A stretch of DNA of 64,000 nucleotides, taken from the NCBI RefSeq assembly GCF_006345805.1, contig NC_043006.1:32054001-32118000 (forward strand), given 5' to 3'. Position numbers and translations under genes: made by a program. Within the stretch, counting starts at the first letter, position 1. Each line of letters starts with the position of its first letter. Positions 26,301 through 35,799 of the stretch are shown piece after piece. Below the pieces are notes generated by a model, which saw only the letters and a program-made list of their open reading frames with translations, ran no database searches and was not told the DNA's origin. The DNA comes from Octopus sinensis (taxonomy: Eukaryota).

Positions 26301-29300
26301 TGTTTGTGCACTCTCACGTGGCTGGTTCATTTGGATCCTGTTTCTCCAATGTAATTTTCACTCATTGTAGGCATGTGATGCAGTAGATGAGATTTTTTGC
26401 TTTGCAATTCATGTTTGCATTTACCTTTAATTCCTTCTCATTCTTGAATCTTTTGGTTGTTCCTGGCTCAGTTATTTCACACATCCCATAAGTGTTTCCA
26501 TAATTTGTTACCGGCATTGTTTCTATCTCTAATGTGAACACTGTCTTTGTTAGAGGTCTTTTGAGATTTGGTGGCAGTTTTTATCGTCATCATCGTTTAA
26601 CATCCGTTTTCCATGCTGGCATGGGCTGGACAGTTTGACTGGGGACTGGTAAGCCAGAAGGCTGCACCAGGTTCCAATCTGATCCGGCAATGCTTCTATA
26701 GCTGGATGCCCTTCCTAATGCCAACCACTACAAGAGTGTAGTGGGTGCTACAATGTTCGGATGGTGCTTTTTACGTGCTACTGGCATCGGCCATGTTTGG
26801 ATGAGGCTTTTTACATGCCACTGGCATCAGCCACATTCAGATGTTGCTTTTTATGTTCCACTGGCATCGGCCCCGTTTGGATGGTGCTTTTTATGTGCTA
26901 CTGGTACAGGAGCCAGTCGGGGCAGTGGGGTTGTTGATGATTTGTGATTCTTCAATTCTTTGTTGGAGATTCAATGATTTATGTAGAATTGGAAGGCTCT
27001 GTTTCACTGAATTTAGGATGTTGTTTATAGGATGATAGGTGACTACAAATGGAATATTCATTTATGTTTTTGTTTTCACCTTCATTTGTGAGGGTTTCTC
27101 CATAAGGCAGAAATTGAGATTTCTTTTGCTTTGGTTAGTGGACAATTTATTAAGTTTTTGGAGCATTTTTGCCTCTGAAGGAAGATATCTGATTCTACCA
27201 GTCAATTCTCATTTAGTTGAGTCTGTAATTATTGAACACATACATCTTGCTATATTGAATGGGATGTTCCTTCTAGAGTGGGATGGGTGGTAAGACCTAA
27301 AATCTAAATATTGGAGAGTGTCTTTGTCCTTGTAGTAGAGATTGGTTATAACTGCCTTATTTTCTTTAATTATCGGGATGTCCAGAAAAGAATTTATGCT
27401 TGAAGGGTTATGACTGGTACTTGAAAACAGCCACTACTTCTTTGATAACCGATATCACCTACAAGTACAAGGTACAGTAATGGGATTCGTGGAAGAAGAA
27501 AATCTGTACAGTGTTTGGAATTAATTTTGATCAACATTTTCAATCCTATTTAATAGGAAACTGGAAAAGATTCCTGTATGACTTTCTATTTTGGAACTAA
27601 AATAAGGAGGACCTTACAAAAGTCTTTAAATAAATAGTGTTCGATAATTGATCCAGTCAACTACAAGAATAAATGAAAGGGAACTTCATTTTGTGTCACA
27701 AACATAATTTTTCAGTTCTGATAATTCCAACTGTGACCATCCTGTCTTTGTTTTTGCTCCAGATGCAATTTACCTAAGACTATATAATCCAATACAATCA
27801 GCTTTTTCTCAACCTCTCCCACTCTCCTCTGCTAGTCTACATGAATTTCAATTCAAGAAAATTTCAATAAAGTCCTGAAAAATGTTTAAAAGTCTTTTCA
27901 GAGCACTGTTGGTTCTAGGATAGAAATACTCTTGCTTCAAAGCATTTCCATTTAAATCAAAACATTCCATCCAAGTTTTATGGGAAAGTGTTTTGTTATG
28001 TTCCACACAGTAGCATAATAATGGTGAAGTTATTTTATTAAATCCTTCAAATTCCTAATAATATCCAAAGTTAACCGAAACACATTAGAAATATATATTA
28101 AAAAAAAAAAAATCCAAGCCATTACCTTAGAAAAATCTTCAGAAAGTACTTTTGTTTTTATGACTTCTCTGTCTAAGCCTCGTTCAAATTTCAATGAGAG
28201 ATTTGTAAGGTCATAGCAATGGACACGGGGCTTATAGGAACCTGCAACACAAACAAGGTTAATGAAATAAAAAGACAAATGTAAATATTTTCAATAACTA
28301 GAATGGTGGGGGCTTAACCAAGTTCCATGTATCCATTAATCAGCCACAAATAAATTCCAAAATAGTTTATTACTGACAGTTAAGTGCTTAGAATTAGGTG
28401 TATTGTTTAAATAGACATCAGATCTGAATTCTTACTAATTTTCCTTCTAAATTTGTATGGCTGGGTTACAGAGATTTCAAACGACAGTAATCTAGTAGCT
28501 AAAATACAAGGGTGAGTCAAAAAGTAATAGCATTTTGTTTAGGACAGGTATAATTACCAACTCAGGAACATGTTTCATACATCAAAATGAAGCTGGTCCT
28601 CTGTTAATCACATCCCTACTTCTCAACATAGTCACCATTTCTCTCAATAGCAATGTTCCACCTTTGAATGAGAGCATGTATCCCTGCACCATAAAATTCT
28701 GTTGATTGTTCTTTGAGCCAATTCTTCACTACAGTTTTCACTTCCTCGTCACTGGAAAAATGCTTGCCTCTCAAACCCTCTTTCATGGGGCCGAAGAGAT
28801 GATAGTCTGAAGGCACTAAATCTGGTGAGTGTGGAGGTAGTGAAGAAGTGGCTCAAAGAACAGTCAACAGAATTTTATGGGGCAGGGATACATGCTCTCA
28901 CTCGAAGGTGAAACACTGCTTTTGAGAGAAACGGTGACTATGTTGCGAAATAGGGATGTGATCCACAGAGGACCAGCTTCATTTTGATGTATGATACATG
29001 TTCCTGTGTTGGTAATTATACTTGTCCCAAACAAAATGGTATTACTTTTTGCCTCACCCTCGTATGATCTCATTAATTTACTTGTTTCCACAGAAAGATT
29101 ATTTTTATTTACCCATAAAATGGCTCCAGTATATCACTGGTATTGTTCTTTAAAAAAAAAATCAATTTAAAAGAGATTAAAGCTGAAAGTTGAAACTGGC
29201 AAAATTTGAATTTGAAGTTTAGGGGAATGAGACAACATAATGTAAAATATATCTTGGCATTCTTCTAACATTTCACCAAATCATAAATACATGGTTAAAC

Positions 29301-32300
29301 CACATGTGTGGGTTGAGATATCTTTCATCTTTCACTTGTTTCAGTGATTAGACTGTGGCCATGTTCTATCAGCCTCTTTTACCAAACCACTAACTTATAG
29401 GGATGTAAACACATCAAGGCTAGTTGCCAAATGGCAGTTGTGGGACCAACACAGACACAAGGGCACACACACACACACACACATAAACATATATATGATG
29501 GGCTTTTTTCAGTTTCCATCTACCAAATCCACTCATAAGGAACCTGAGGCTATAGTAGAAAACATTTGCCCAAGGTGCCATGCAGTAAGACTGAACTCGG
29601 AACCATGTGGTTGGAAGCAAACTACTTCTCACACAACGATGCCTGCACCTGAAGGATGAATTGACCAATATGTAAAAAGTGAAGAATTGACTGACTTCAA
29701 ATGAATTGAAAATGAACCTGGAGATTGAAGGTGTCAAGTCATGTTTTTATTTTTGTAGTATACATTCATCATCATCATTATCCTTTAACGTCTGTTTCCC
29801 ATGCTGGCATGGGTCGGACAGCTTGACCAGAGCTGGAGAGCTGCACCAGGTTCCAGTCTGATCTGGCTTGGTTTCTACAGCTGGATGCCCTTCCTAACAC
29901 TTTACAGTGTGTGTTGGGTGCTTTTAATGTGCTGAAAATTAATTATTAATGATGGAAGCAATGTTAATACAAAAAGGTAATCTTTCTAGTCAACTTAACA
30001 TGGAGACCTTGTTAGAACACGAATCCTGTGTTATTAGTCTTGAGAGATCCTCTCATACAGGTACTTGGAACATAGATCACAGCAGACGAAATCCCTCTGT
30101 CATGGGCATCGGAATTCCCATATCATGTGATTTCAGTCTACCGGACTTCTTCAGTCGAGAGCACTGATCACCTAATGCCAGGCAAATCTCACTGCCATGA
30201 TATATAGAATACCAGCATCTCTTCAGGCATGTTTTTTATACACCAAGCACCTAAACGAGATGATCTCTCAAGGTTAAGAATGCAATATTTGGTGTTCTAA
30301 CAAGGCATCCATGTCAGTTTGGATATAAATATTATCTTTTGGATTTGAAAATGTTGATCCTCAGAGATGACATGACACAAGCTGCTCAAAATCAAGGGAA
30401 AGATCAAAGCATCTTAATCCCATGCCAAGCAAGTGGCATTTAAGAAGTTTGCTTTGCAACCATATGGTCTTTGGATCAATCCTGCAGCTGGCTGGTATGT
30501 TGGGCAAGTATCTTTACTACAGCTTCATGTCAACACAAGCCTTGTGAGTGATGCTAAAAAGACAGAGAATATATGGAAACACAGGTCACCCAAACTCCTT
30601 CTTTGTCCTCTCAGCCATATACTCACATCTTAAAGTCTGTAAGCAAAGAAACTGTTGTTTACTAACCTGTGACATAAATATTGTTGCCATCTGGTGTAAC
30701 ACTGATAGTTGAGCTCAGAGATGGCATTTCAAAATCCTGGATTAACTCAATTCGTTGACGTATATCTAATAAGACAAAGAAAGAATTAAGGCATATAATT
30801 ATCAAATAGAAAATTACCTTGAGAGATAACGGCCAAGCAAATGAGATTTCTTAGTTATGTGATGAGGAAAGAGGACCTGGAGAATTTAGTGATGATTGGA
30901 AATACTGAAGGGAAAAGAAACAGAGGAAGGAGAAGCTTGACTTGGAAGAAAGAGGCTGTGACAGAAAACAAAGAATAGAGAATAGTGCCAGGATATGATC
31001 ACCTATGACTCACTTTCGGAACATGGCGCCTAAAGAAGAATTATCAAAAGAAAGTGATTAACATCTTCATTCACTCTGTAAAGAGTTTTATAGAAGTATT
31101 TGTTATTCACTGAGCATGACCGATGCCAATGCCGCCTGAGGCATGTAAAAAGCATCCACTACACTCTTGTAGTGGTTGGTGTTAGAAAGGGCATCCAGCT
31201 GTACAAACTTTGCCAGATCAGATTGGAGCCTGGTGCAGTCTCCTGGCTTGCCAGTCCTCAATCAAACTGTCCAACCCATGCCAGCACGGAAAGCAGACAT
31301 TAAACGACGACGACAATGATGATGATGTCTCTAACTTGGTAAATGTTTCATGTTGCTGTATAGCTTCAGATCAGTTCTGATCAAACAGACTATAGCCAAA
31401 AGAGTCCCAGTCACGACCATCCAGTCTATTTTTTGAGAGGTATACAGGACCATATTCTCTAATGTGTTGTTGTCTAGAATGGCATGATTTGAGAGAGGCT
31501 TCGATACTATTTCTAACAAGTCAGAGATCAGACAGAGCTTCCTTGGTGACACAAAATACTGCCTGAATATAAGGTGGGTCAAGGATTCTTTTTGATATCT
31601 TCCACTTCTAGCAGATAGTGAGTTGTAGTAGTTGAACTGTCTATCATAGACAACAGTTGTGTATGAAAAGGGGGTTGATTTAGGGATTGCTTTGATACCC
31701 CACCCTCTTTTTAAAAACTCTTTAGGATTTAAACTGGCCATATCTGTTTAATCATCATCATCATCATCGTTTAACGTCCGCTTTCCATGCTAGCATGGGT
31801 TGGACGGTTCGATTGTTGAAATTAATTCTTTGAAGTATACAGTTACTGGTCCAGAATGTTATTGGCAATAAACACTCATAACTTGTTTAACTGTAAATTT
31901 TGTTGATAGCAAATTCTCTTTTTTCGAGTTAAATGCCGTTGTCATGGTAACAACACCAGTCATACTTATGCTGCTTAGTCTAAGGTGAACCTTGATTAAA
32001 CAGATCGATTACCAAAGGTGTTTCAATTGTGATCTCACAACTATTTCTGCTGTCTGTTCCTAAGTCATAGTGTATCAAGGACTACATCATCCAATGTATC
32101 TCCCATATTTATTTATTTTTTTTAAAGATGGTGTATGACTTTTAGCAGGTTGACCAATCACATTGAAACTGTTACACTGATCCCTACTGATATTGTTCCT
32201 TAGCTCTGATCAAGCAAACCCCTATGATCCCTAAGGTGTTGAGTGAATGAAGAGCCAACTCTGGGAACAGGTGGCACCAAATAAACAATCATGATGGAAA

Positions 32301-33425
32301 TGTCTGAGAAGATAAAAATTCATACCAAGATCATTTTTCTGTAACTCTCGTTTCTTTCTGTCTGTGAGCCACTGGAAATGAAAATAAAAGAGAACTGAAA
32401 AGTTACCAAAAACATTAGCTAAGAATGAGATGTTGACATGTTTTCAAAATGTATCTTACATTTCACAGTTGTCAATAAAAGAAACCTTGTAAATAACAAG
32501 GTTTGTTACCATTTAGCCCCGGGTCAGTACTGGTGATCACAGAAAATATGAGCCTTCTGTTCAAGGTTTGTTGATCTACTGTTGGATGAAAGCTTCAAAA
32601 TGCTGTTCATCGCTTATCCATGCTACTTGTAGTTCCTCATTCTCCACACTAGCCATTTACAGTTACATGGGATATACCTATGTTCGTAGTGACTGGCCCT
32701 GCCATTTAGCACCTAAGCAGAATTTGAACTTAGAAAGCAAAGAGCCAGAGTTGATTCCACAAGACTTAACCCATCAAACAATTCCGCCATTTCACTGCGC
32801 TGGACTGCTACTTCATCAACTCCGAAGGGTTGAAAGAATATACATAGCACATACAAACACACGCGAGACATGATGATGGAAAGCAGTGTGTTAAGGTATT
32901 TGGGTTCTAATCTCATCACCTATAATGAATGTACTTAATAGAAATTTCAAGTGATTACAGTTTGCCAATTAGTTTCAATAGCAGGCGGATTTGTTTTTGT
33001 TTTGTTGTTATTTCATTAATTATCCATCCTTATAATCAGCAATTCCATTCTGAATGAGAAATCCTGGAGTAAAAACATGTACATTTGTTACAGAACCGGA
33101 GATTTTAGGAATAAATAACCAGTAATTATGTTTTCCCAATTTGATTATATAATACAGTTGTAATAATATAATCATATTTCAATTCAATGTATTTCTTTAA
33201 ATTCGAATCTCTTTCTAAAAATCGATCGAAACCAAAGAACGAAAGAAAGTTTTAATAAAGTTATTTTGAAACAACACCACGTGAATGAGACGAAAGCTTT
33301 ACATAAATGATATCGATGTAAACTCAAAGAAAAAAAAATAAACTTATATAATGATTTACCTCAGGAAGGGATTTCCCTGCACTCAAGTTGTATATTTTCA
33401 CTTCATTGGCGTAAGAAAATTGCAT
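2772..33425 (-). CDS. NOL10: Nucleolar protein 10 (Enp2 orthologue, SSU processome WD40 + NUC153), full gene span, 19 coding exons, 707 aa
   Basis: Exons traced manually; all introns GT..AG; exon lengths sum to 2124 nt with consistent phases; NOL10 motifs EVKIYNLSAGKSLPEWL, RIELIQDFEMP, APKWCSFLDSLTEELEE, YDDYKFVT, LRAYMHGYFMD. Confidence 0.96.
3280..4502 (+). mobile_element. 5'-truncated, internally deleted RTE-clade LINE in NOL10 intron 18
   Basis: RT motifs QNGFRHGRST, FVDFSKAFDSV, YKYLGS, LLYGSETW; ORF ends at 4492 and runs into a (GAT)n tail. Confidence 0.9.
4721..5100 (+). mobile_element. tRNA-derived SINE (abundant family; other copies e.g. 42347-42760, 47985-48970 split, 9100-9255, 21495-21650, 53160-53500)
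   Basis: A/B-box-like head TGGCTGTGTGG...GGTTCAGTCCC, internal microsatellite, A-rich GTAAAAGA tail; many dispersed copies on both strands. Confidence 0.85.
5119..5221 (-). CDS. NOL10: NOL10 exon 18
   Basis: KSLFERLNEENEDEAKVSRDTLSGHMEFSFTLKK; tag/gtaagt; 103 nt. Confidence 0.9.
5270..5750 (-). mobile_element. SINE-like repeat with (GAT)n tail and internal ~60-bp tandem repeats (other copies ~1060-1380, 17380-17655, 20665-20945, 26585-26930, 31110-31327)
   Basis: Shared core GGAAGGGCATCCAGCTGTAGAAAC...CCCATGCCAGCATGGAAA...GACGTTAAA(TGA)n. Confidence 0.8.
6225..6440 (+). mobile_element. Degraded RTE-like LINE 3' fragment
   Basis: Translates to LMHLTIEG...KTYIQQLVED...LTEDREEWREVV, resembling the RTE C-terminal DR..WR motif. 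Confidence 0.5.
7367..7653 (-). CDS. NOL10: NOL10 exon 17
   Basis: QEELEGKASEDESSSDD...KPKFFELKEGD...KKKN; cag/gttagt; 287 nt. Confidence 0.9.
8006..8479. mobile_element. Two tandem copies of a piggyBac-like MITE (8006-8225 and 8257-8479)
   Basis: Each starts TTAA-CCCTTT and ends AAAGGT-TTAA or AAAGGG-CTAA; ~220-bp bodies are near-identical. Confidence 0.75.
9590..10305 (+). repeat. Polypurine (GA-rich) degenerate minisatellite
   Basis: Recurring GAGGGAGGAGACAGAAGAAAGAGTAAG-like units; very few pyrimidines on the plus strand. Confidence 0.85.
10316..10504 (-). CDS. NOL10: NOL10 exon 16 (NUC153 region)
   Basis: KSEKLPNLLKDKRFSAMFHNKNFRIDRTSKEFHLISPLI...FKPVG; cag/gtatgt; 189 nt. Confidence 0.92.
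10963..11229. mobile_element. hAT/Charlie-like MITE, 267 bp
   Basis: TIRs CAGTGGTTCCCA / TGGGAACCACTG; perfect 8-bp TSD GTCTAGGT at 10955-10962 and 11230-11237. Confidence 0.9.
11787..12157 (+). mobile_element. tRNA-headed SINE of a further family (related copy 60660-60980 on minus)
   Basis: Head TGGCCCAGTGG...TTCGATTCC; body TGGAGTGCTCAGCCACTTGCACG shared with the reverse complement at 60735-60755. Confidence 0.7.
12294..12377 (-). CDS. NOL10: NOL10 exon 15
   Basis: KLPPINKDLAVKLMEDLEEDEKQGADAK; cag/gttagt; 84 nt. Confidence 0.9.
12560..12955 (-). mobile_element. Degraded RTE-like LINE 3' fragment
   Basis: QRPMERLMLGTSLREHIGNEIIQERSRVKD and GRPP motifs; homologous to 63390-63750. Confidence 0.75.
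13872..13970 (-). CDS. NOL10: NOL10 exon 14
   Basis: AKAIIEPFAYDKYKKEKIRETIEKSRTTHVKLE; aag/gtttgt; 99 nt. Confidence 0.9.
14986..15059 (+). ncRNA. Type I hammerhead ribozyme, core intact
   Basis: Stem I ATCTAG/CTAGGT; CTGATGA at 14992-14998; stem II AGGTT/AGCCT extended by CCAAA/TTTGG; GAAAC-TCAA-GTA cleavage triplet at 15051-15053. Confidence 0.75.
15900..16027 (-). CDS. NOL10: NOL10 exon 13
   Basis: YDDYKFVTRNELEEIGLSHLIGSKMLRAYMHGYFMDTRLYHK; cag/gtaggt; 128 nt. Confidence 0.94.
16736..16814 (-). CDS. NOL10: NOL10 exon 12
   Basis: SIGTAPKWCSFLDSLTEELEESKIET; cag/gtaggt; 79 nt. Confidence 0.93.
17865..17984 (-). CDS. NOL10: NOL10 exon 11
   Basis: GKAYTAIEPGVPLTDLAVYPNSGMVFLTNEAPKIRVYFLP; cag/gtaagc; 120 nt. 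Confidence 0.93.
18447..18596 (-). CDS. NOL10: NOL10 exon 10
   Basis: VLLYDLRSNQPLLVKDHHYGLPIKSIYF...FWNQHT; cag/gtaagt; 150 nt. Confidence 0.93.
18579..18927. repeat. 5 x 69-bp tandem repeat including the NOL10 exon 10 acceptor
   Basis: CCTGAAATTATTGAAG recurs at 18596, 18665, 18734, 18803 and 18872. Confidence 0.95.
19140..19448 (+). mobile_element. Deleted mariner (Tc1/mariner) remnant with right terminus
   Basis: LVTSDETWVHH then (frameshift) YEPESKRQSMEW...KSAGKIMATVFWD; end ...GACTCACCTTCG-TA matches the termini of 28507-29062. Confidence 0.85.
19543..19742 (+). mobile_element. 5'-truncated copy of hammerhead-bearing SINE
   Basis: Co-linear with 54078-54370; hammerhead core at 19623-19665 with a 3-nt deletion. 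Confidence 0.8.
20075..20153 (-). CDS. NOL10: NOL10 exon 9
   Basis: VDSKPAVTALKYQDALKFGVGTSSGH; cag/gttagt; 79 nt. Confidence 0.92.
22165..22241 (-). CDS. NOL10: NOL10 exon 8
   Basis: GTIECWDPRSKNRVGLLSPNFKEHI; cag/gtaagc; 77 nt. Confidence 0.92.
23579..23639 (-). CDS. NOL10: NOL10 exon 7
   Basis: TSNCCDMNMYHELFTCGTRE; cag/gtaagt; 61 nt. Confidence 0.9.
24857..24922 (-). CDS. NOL10: NOL10 exon 6
   Basis: SQVYRLNLELGRFMLPFQTNS; cag/gtaagt; 66 nt. Confidence 0.92.
25050..25210. repeat. Fold-back (MITE-like) inverted repeat, arms ~70 bp
   Basis: TTTGCCAACATAACATGGCAGTC...TAGCCCCAAGA pairs with TCTTGGGGCTA...GACTGCCATGTAATGTCGGCAAA. Confidence 0.9.
25723..25859 (-). CDS. NOL10: NOL10 exon 5
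   Basis: LVFLEVNRYVEFHNQAGTYYCTRVPKYGFDMTYHTSLCDLFIVGA; cag/gttagt; 137 nt; missed by the ORF track. Confidence 0.93.
26080..27393 (-). mobile_element. Degraded Penelope-like retroelement (RT thumb + GIY-YIG endonuclease), interrupted by a SINE
   Basis: FLDIPIIKENKAVITNLYYKDKDTLQYLDFRSYHPSHSRRNIPFNIA near 27250-27390; NCKAKNLIYCITCLQ/ENYIGETG near 26335-26410. Confidence 0.8.
27418..27620 (+). mobile_element. Inverted Penelope-like RT fragment
   Basis: LENSHYFFDNRYHLQVQGTVMG resembles the PLE RT Q..G.AMG motif. Confidence 0.6.
28126..28241 (-). CDS. NOL10: NOL10 exon 4
   Basis: SYKPRVHCYDLTNLSLKFERGLDREV...SEDFSK; cag/gtaatg; 116 nt. Confidence 0.93.
28507..29062. mobile_element. Mariner-derived fold-back MITE built from two inverted 3' ends
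   Basis: TA on both flanks (28505-6, 29063-4); arms ~28507-28732 and ~28837-29062; loop encodes SPDLVPSDYHLFGPMKEGLRG (mariner YSPDLAP-type motif). Confidence 0.88.
30667..30765 (-). CDS. NOL10: NOL10 exon 3
   Basis: IRQRIELIQDFEMPSLSSTISVTPDGNNIYVT; tag/gttagt; 99 nt. Confidence 0.93.
30815..31040 (+). mobile_element. Degraded RTE-like LINE 3' fragment
   Basis: EDLENLVMIGNTEGKRNRGR motif. Confidence 0.55.
32326..32371 (-). CDS. NOL10: NOL10 exon 2
   Basis: ttccag acceptor, WLTDRKKRELQKNDL, gtatg donor; 46 nt. Confidence 0.92.
33360..33425 (-). CDS. NOL10: NOL10 exon 1
   Basis: MQFSYANEVKIYNLSAGKSLPE then gtaaat donor; 66 nt. Confidence 0.93.
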
Positions 33426-34719
33426 TTTGGAAATAAAAACTTCGCATTTAATAAAATTGTCCACACCGAGTAACCATGTTGCAATTTATACCGGTGTCAA
33501 CTGAACTTTTTCTCTCGTGGTAATATATTCCGCTCCCGCTCATGTAGTATATATCATTCATTTAATACAAATTACGTTTTACATTAATTTGCTTTTTAGT
33601 TTCTTGTTTTTCTTTTTCTTCGTTAATTTATAGACGTACTTCAGGGGTTCCATTCTTCACAGCAGAGGAGACTATGAGAATGTTTAGGTTTAATACGTTT
33701 TATTGTCTTTACAGAAATGTTTTAGTCGCAGGTCAGTCCTGAATGAGTAGACCTATGATGAAAAGCATTCTAGCTATCTCTATTCCATATTTATTACAGG
33801 CATTTGATTGCATTATTTAATATGCTCTCCAGTTTTATTTTAAGTCAGGAACAGAACCAAGTTACAATGTCAGATCGTCGGACTTTAGGTTGTTAAAAAA
33901 GTTTTGTAAGAGTTACCTCCCCTGCACCATAAATTCTCCATGCAAATCAACTGGTAGAACTTAAATCATGGTTTCGAAACAGTTCTTCAAACGCAGCACA
34001 ATTTAGTGCGAATGAAAATACTATGACATTAGAAAACAAAGATATTTTAGCTTCTCAAAATGATTTAGATTGCAAGAAAATCATTATGTACTTCTGTACA
34101 CTTATTTACCAAGTTTATATTAAGAACTAGGATACCTGTGCTGTAAAAAAACGACAGTACTTTTAATGAAATCAGTAGAAATTGGTATTTGATAAAGGCA
34201 TCGACAAAACATGCATTCAATATATTATTTCATACAGAATGGTTAAGACACATTATTTATTGTCAGACTAGGCCATAATCAAAGTTCATTTATCAAAAGT
34301 AGTATAATTTTGTCAAGTTTAAACGTAGTTTGTAGTCCATAAAGGTACGAACATCATTATCACGCGTCCTCTTTACAGAAACATGCATACACCATAATAT
34401 ATAAATTTTATTTAACGTATACTCACTGCATTTATTGCCTGTAGTTTATATAATTGAGTTTCCATATAAAATATATTACAATTTTATAGATATGAATATT
34501 GAATATATTGCTTATCTGTAACACGCATATATGATTTCAAAATTGAACAGGGCTTCATATATTAGAGAACATAATTTAGATCAGGTGGGGTCGAAATTTG
34601 CCAAGAAGCAGGCTGCATAAGACATGAATCATCATCATCATCAGACGGGCTGCACTACAAAAGAAAAAACAAAACAAAACAAAAAAAACAAGGTAATTTT
34701 TCTTCTCACATCCTGGATG

Positions 34720-34990
34720 CAGCGGACAGGGTGAGATCCACAGATTCTGCAGCTGAGCGGAACAAAATCCTGAAATATCGCGATCTGTCGGCCAACTACA
34801 TTTTCCATCCTGTGGCTTTGAAGACATTTTGTGGGGTTGGGTCACTAACTGCGAGATTCCTGTCTTCACTGGCAACTCGCCTAGCAGAGGTAAATGGTAA
34901 GGCCCATGAGGCGCTTGGCTGTTCCAGCGCATCAACCTCACCATCACTCTCGGCAATGCTGCAAGCGTGCTGGCGGGCCTCAATAGCCAT
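34720..34990 (+). mobile_element. Fragment of an RLE-type (CRE-like) non-LTR element C-terminus
   Basis: AAERNKILKYRDLSANYIFHPVALKTF, then in a shifted frame LFQRINLTITLGNAASVL. Confidence 0.65.
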
Positions 34991-35098
34991 TAGAAAGGTT
35001 TCTCAGCGCCCTCAACTTTTCAACTTAAGGTGGTCAATTGTTTGGGTTTTTTTCCTCTTTTTTCTTTCTCTCTCTTGAATGACAATGATCTTTTTGTG

Positions 35099-35448
35099 TG
35101 CACAGTCTGTGACAGACCATGCCTGTCTTTTGCTGGGCTCAAATGTCATCTGTGAACCCATGGAAAACGAACCTCTACCAACTATTCTACCTATATGTCT
35201 GTGCACCAATGTCTGTGCCTATATGTAGTGTATACCAAAAGGTTTGCAAATCCAACAGAGGCCTCAAAAGACATTTTAAGATTCACAAAGATCAAAACTT
35301 ATTTGCAGCTCTTGGTGGTCCAAATAGGATGTGCAATATATGTGGGTATCTTTTCAAAACATTGTCTGGTTTAAAAAGCCACATCAGATGCCATGATGGT
35401 TCTAAGGTGGAGGTGGTCAAACTCTGCGTAAGAAGTAGACAACCACCA
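35099..35448 (+). pseudogene. Three degenerate C2H2 zinc fingers, probably a LINE C-terminus, followed by (TATG)n
   Basis: CTVCDRPCLSFAGLKCHL*TH, CSVYQKVCKSNRGLKRHFKIH, CNICGYLFKTLSGLKSHIRCH; in-frame stop, frameshift, no TGEKP linkers. Confidence 0.6.
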
Positions 35449-35690
35449 TGTATGTATGTATGTATGTATGTATGTATGTATGTATGTATGTATGTATGTA
35501 TGTATGTATGTATGTATGTATGTATGTATGTATGTATGTATGTATGTATGTATGTATGTATGTATGTATGTATGTATGTATGTATGTATGTATGTATGTA
35601 TGCATGTTTGTATGTGTGCAGGTGAGTGTATGTATGCATGTGTGTGTGTATGTATGTATGCACGCATGTAAGCATGTATGAATGCATCTT
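35449..35690. repeat. (TATG)n microsatellite
   Basis: Direct reading. Confidence 0.97.
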
Positions 35691-35799
35691 TGTATGTGTG
35701 TATCTATGTTCTTATGTGTGTATGCGTGTATGTATAAGGAAAGTCTTGTATATGTTGACTGTTCCACTTACAGATTGTATTTGTAATATGTGAATCAGT

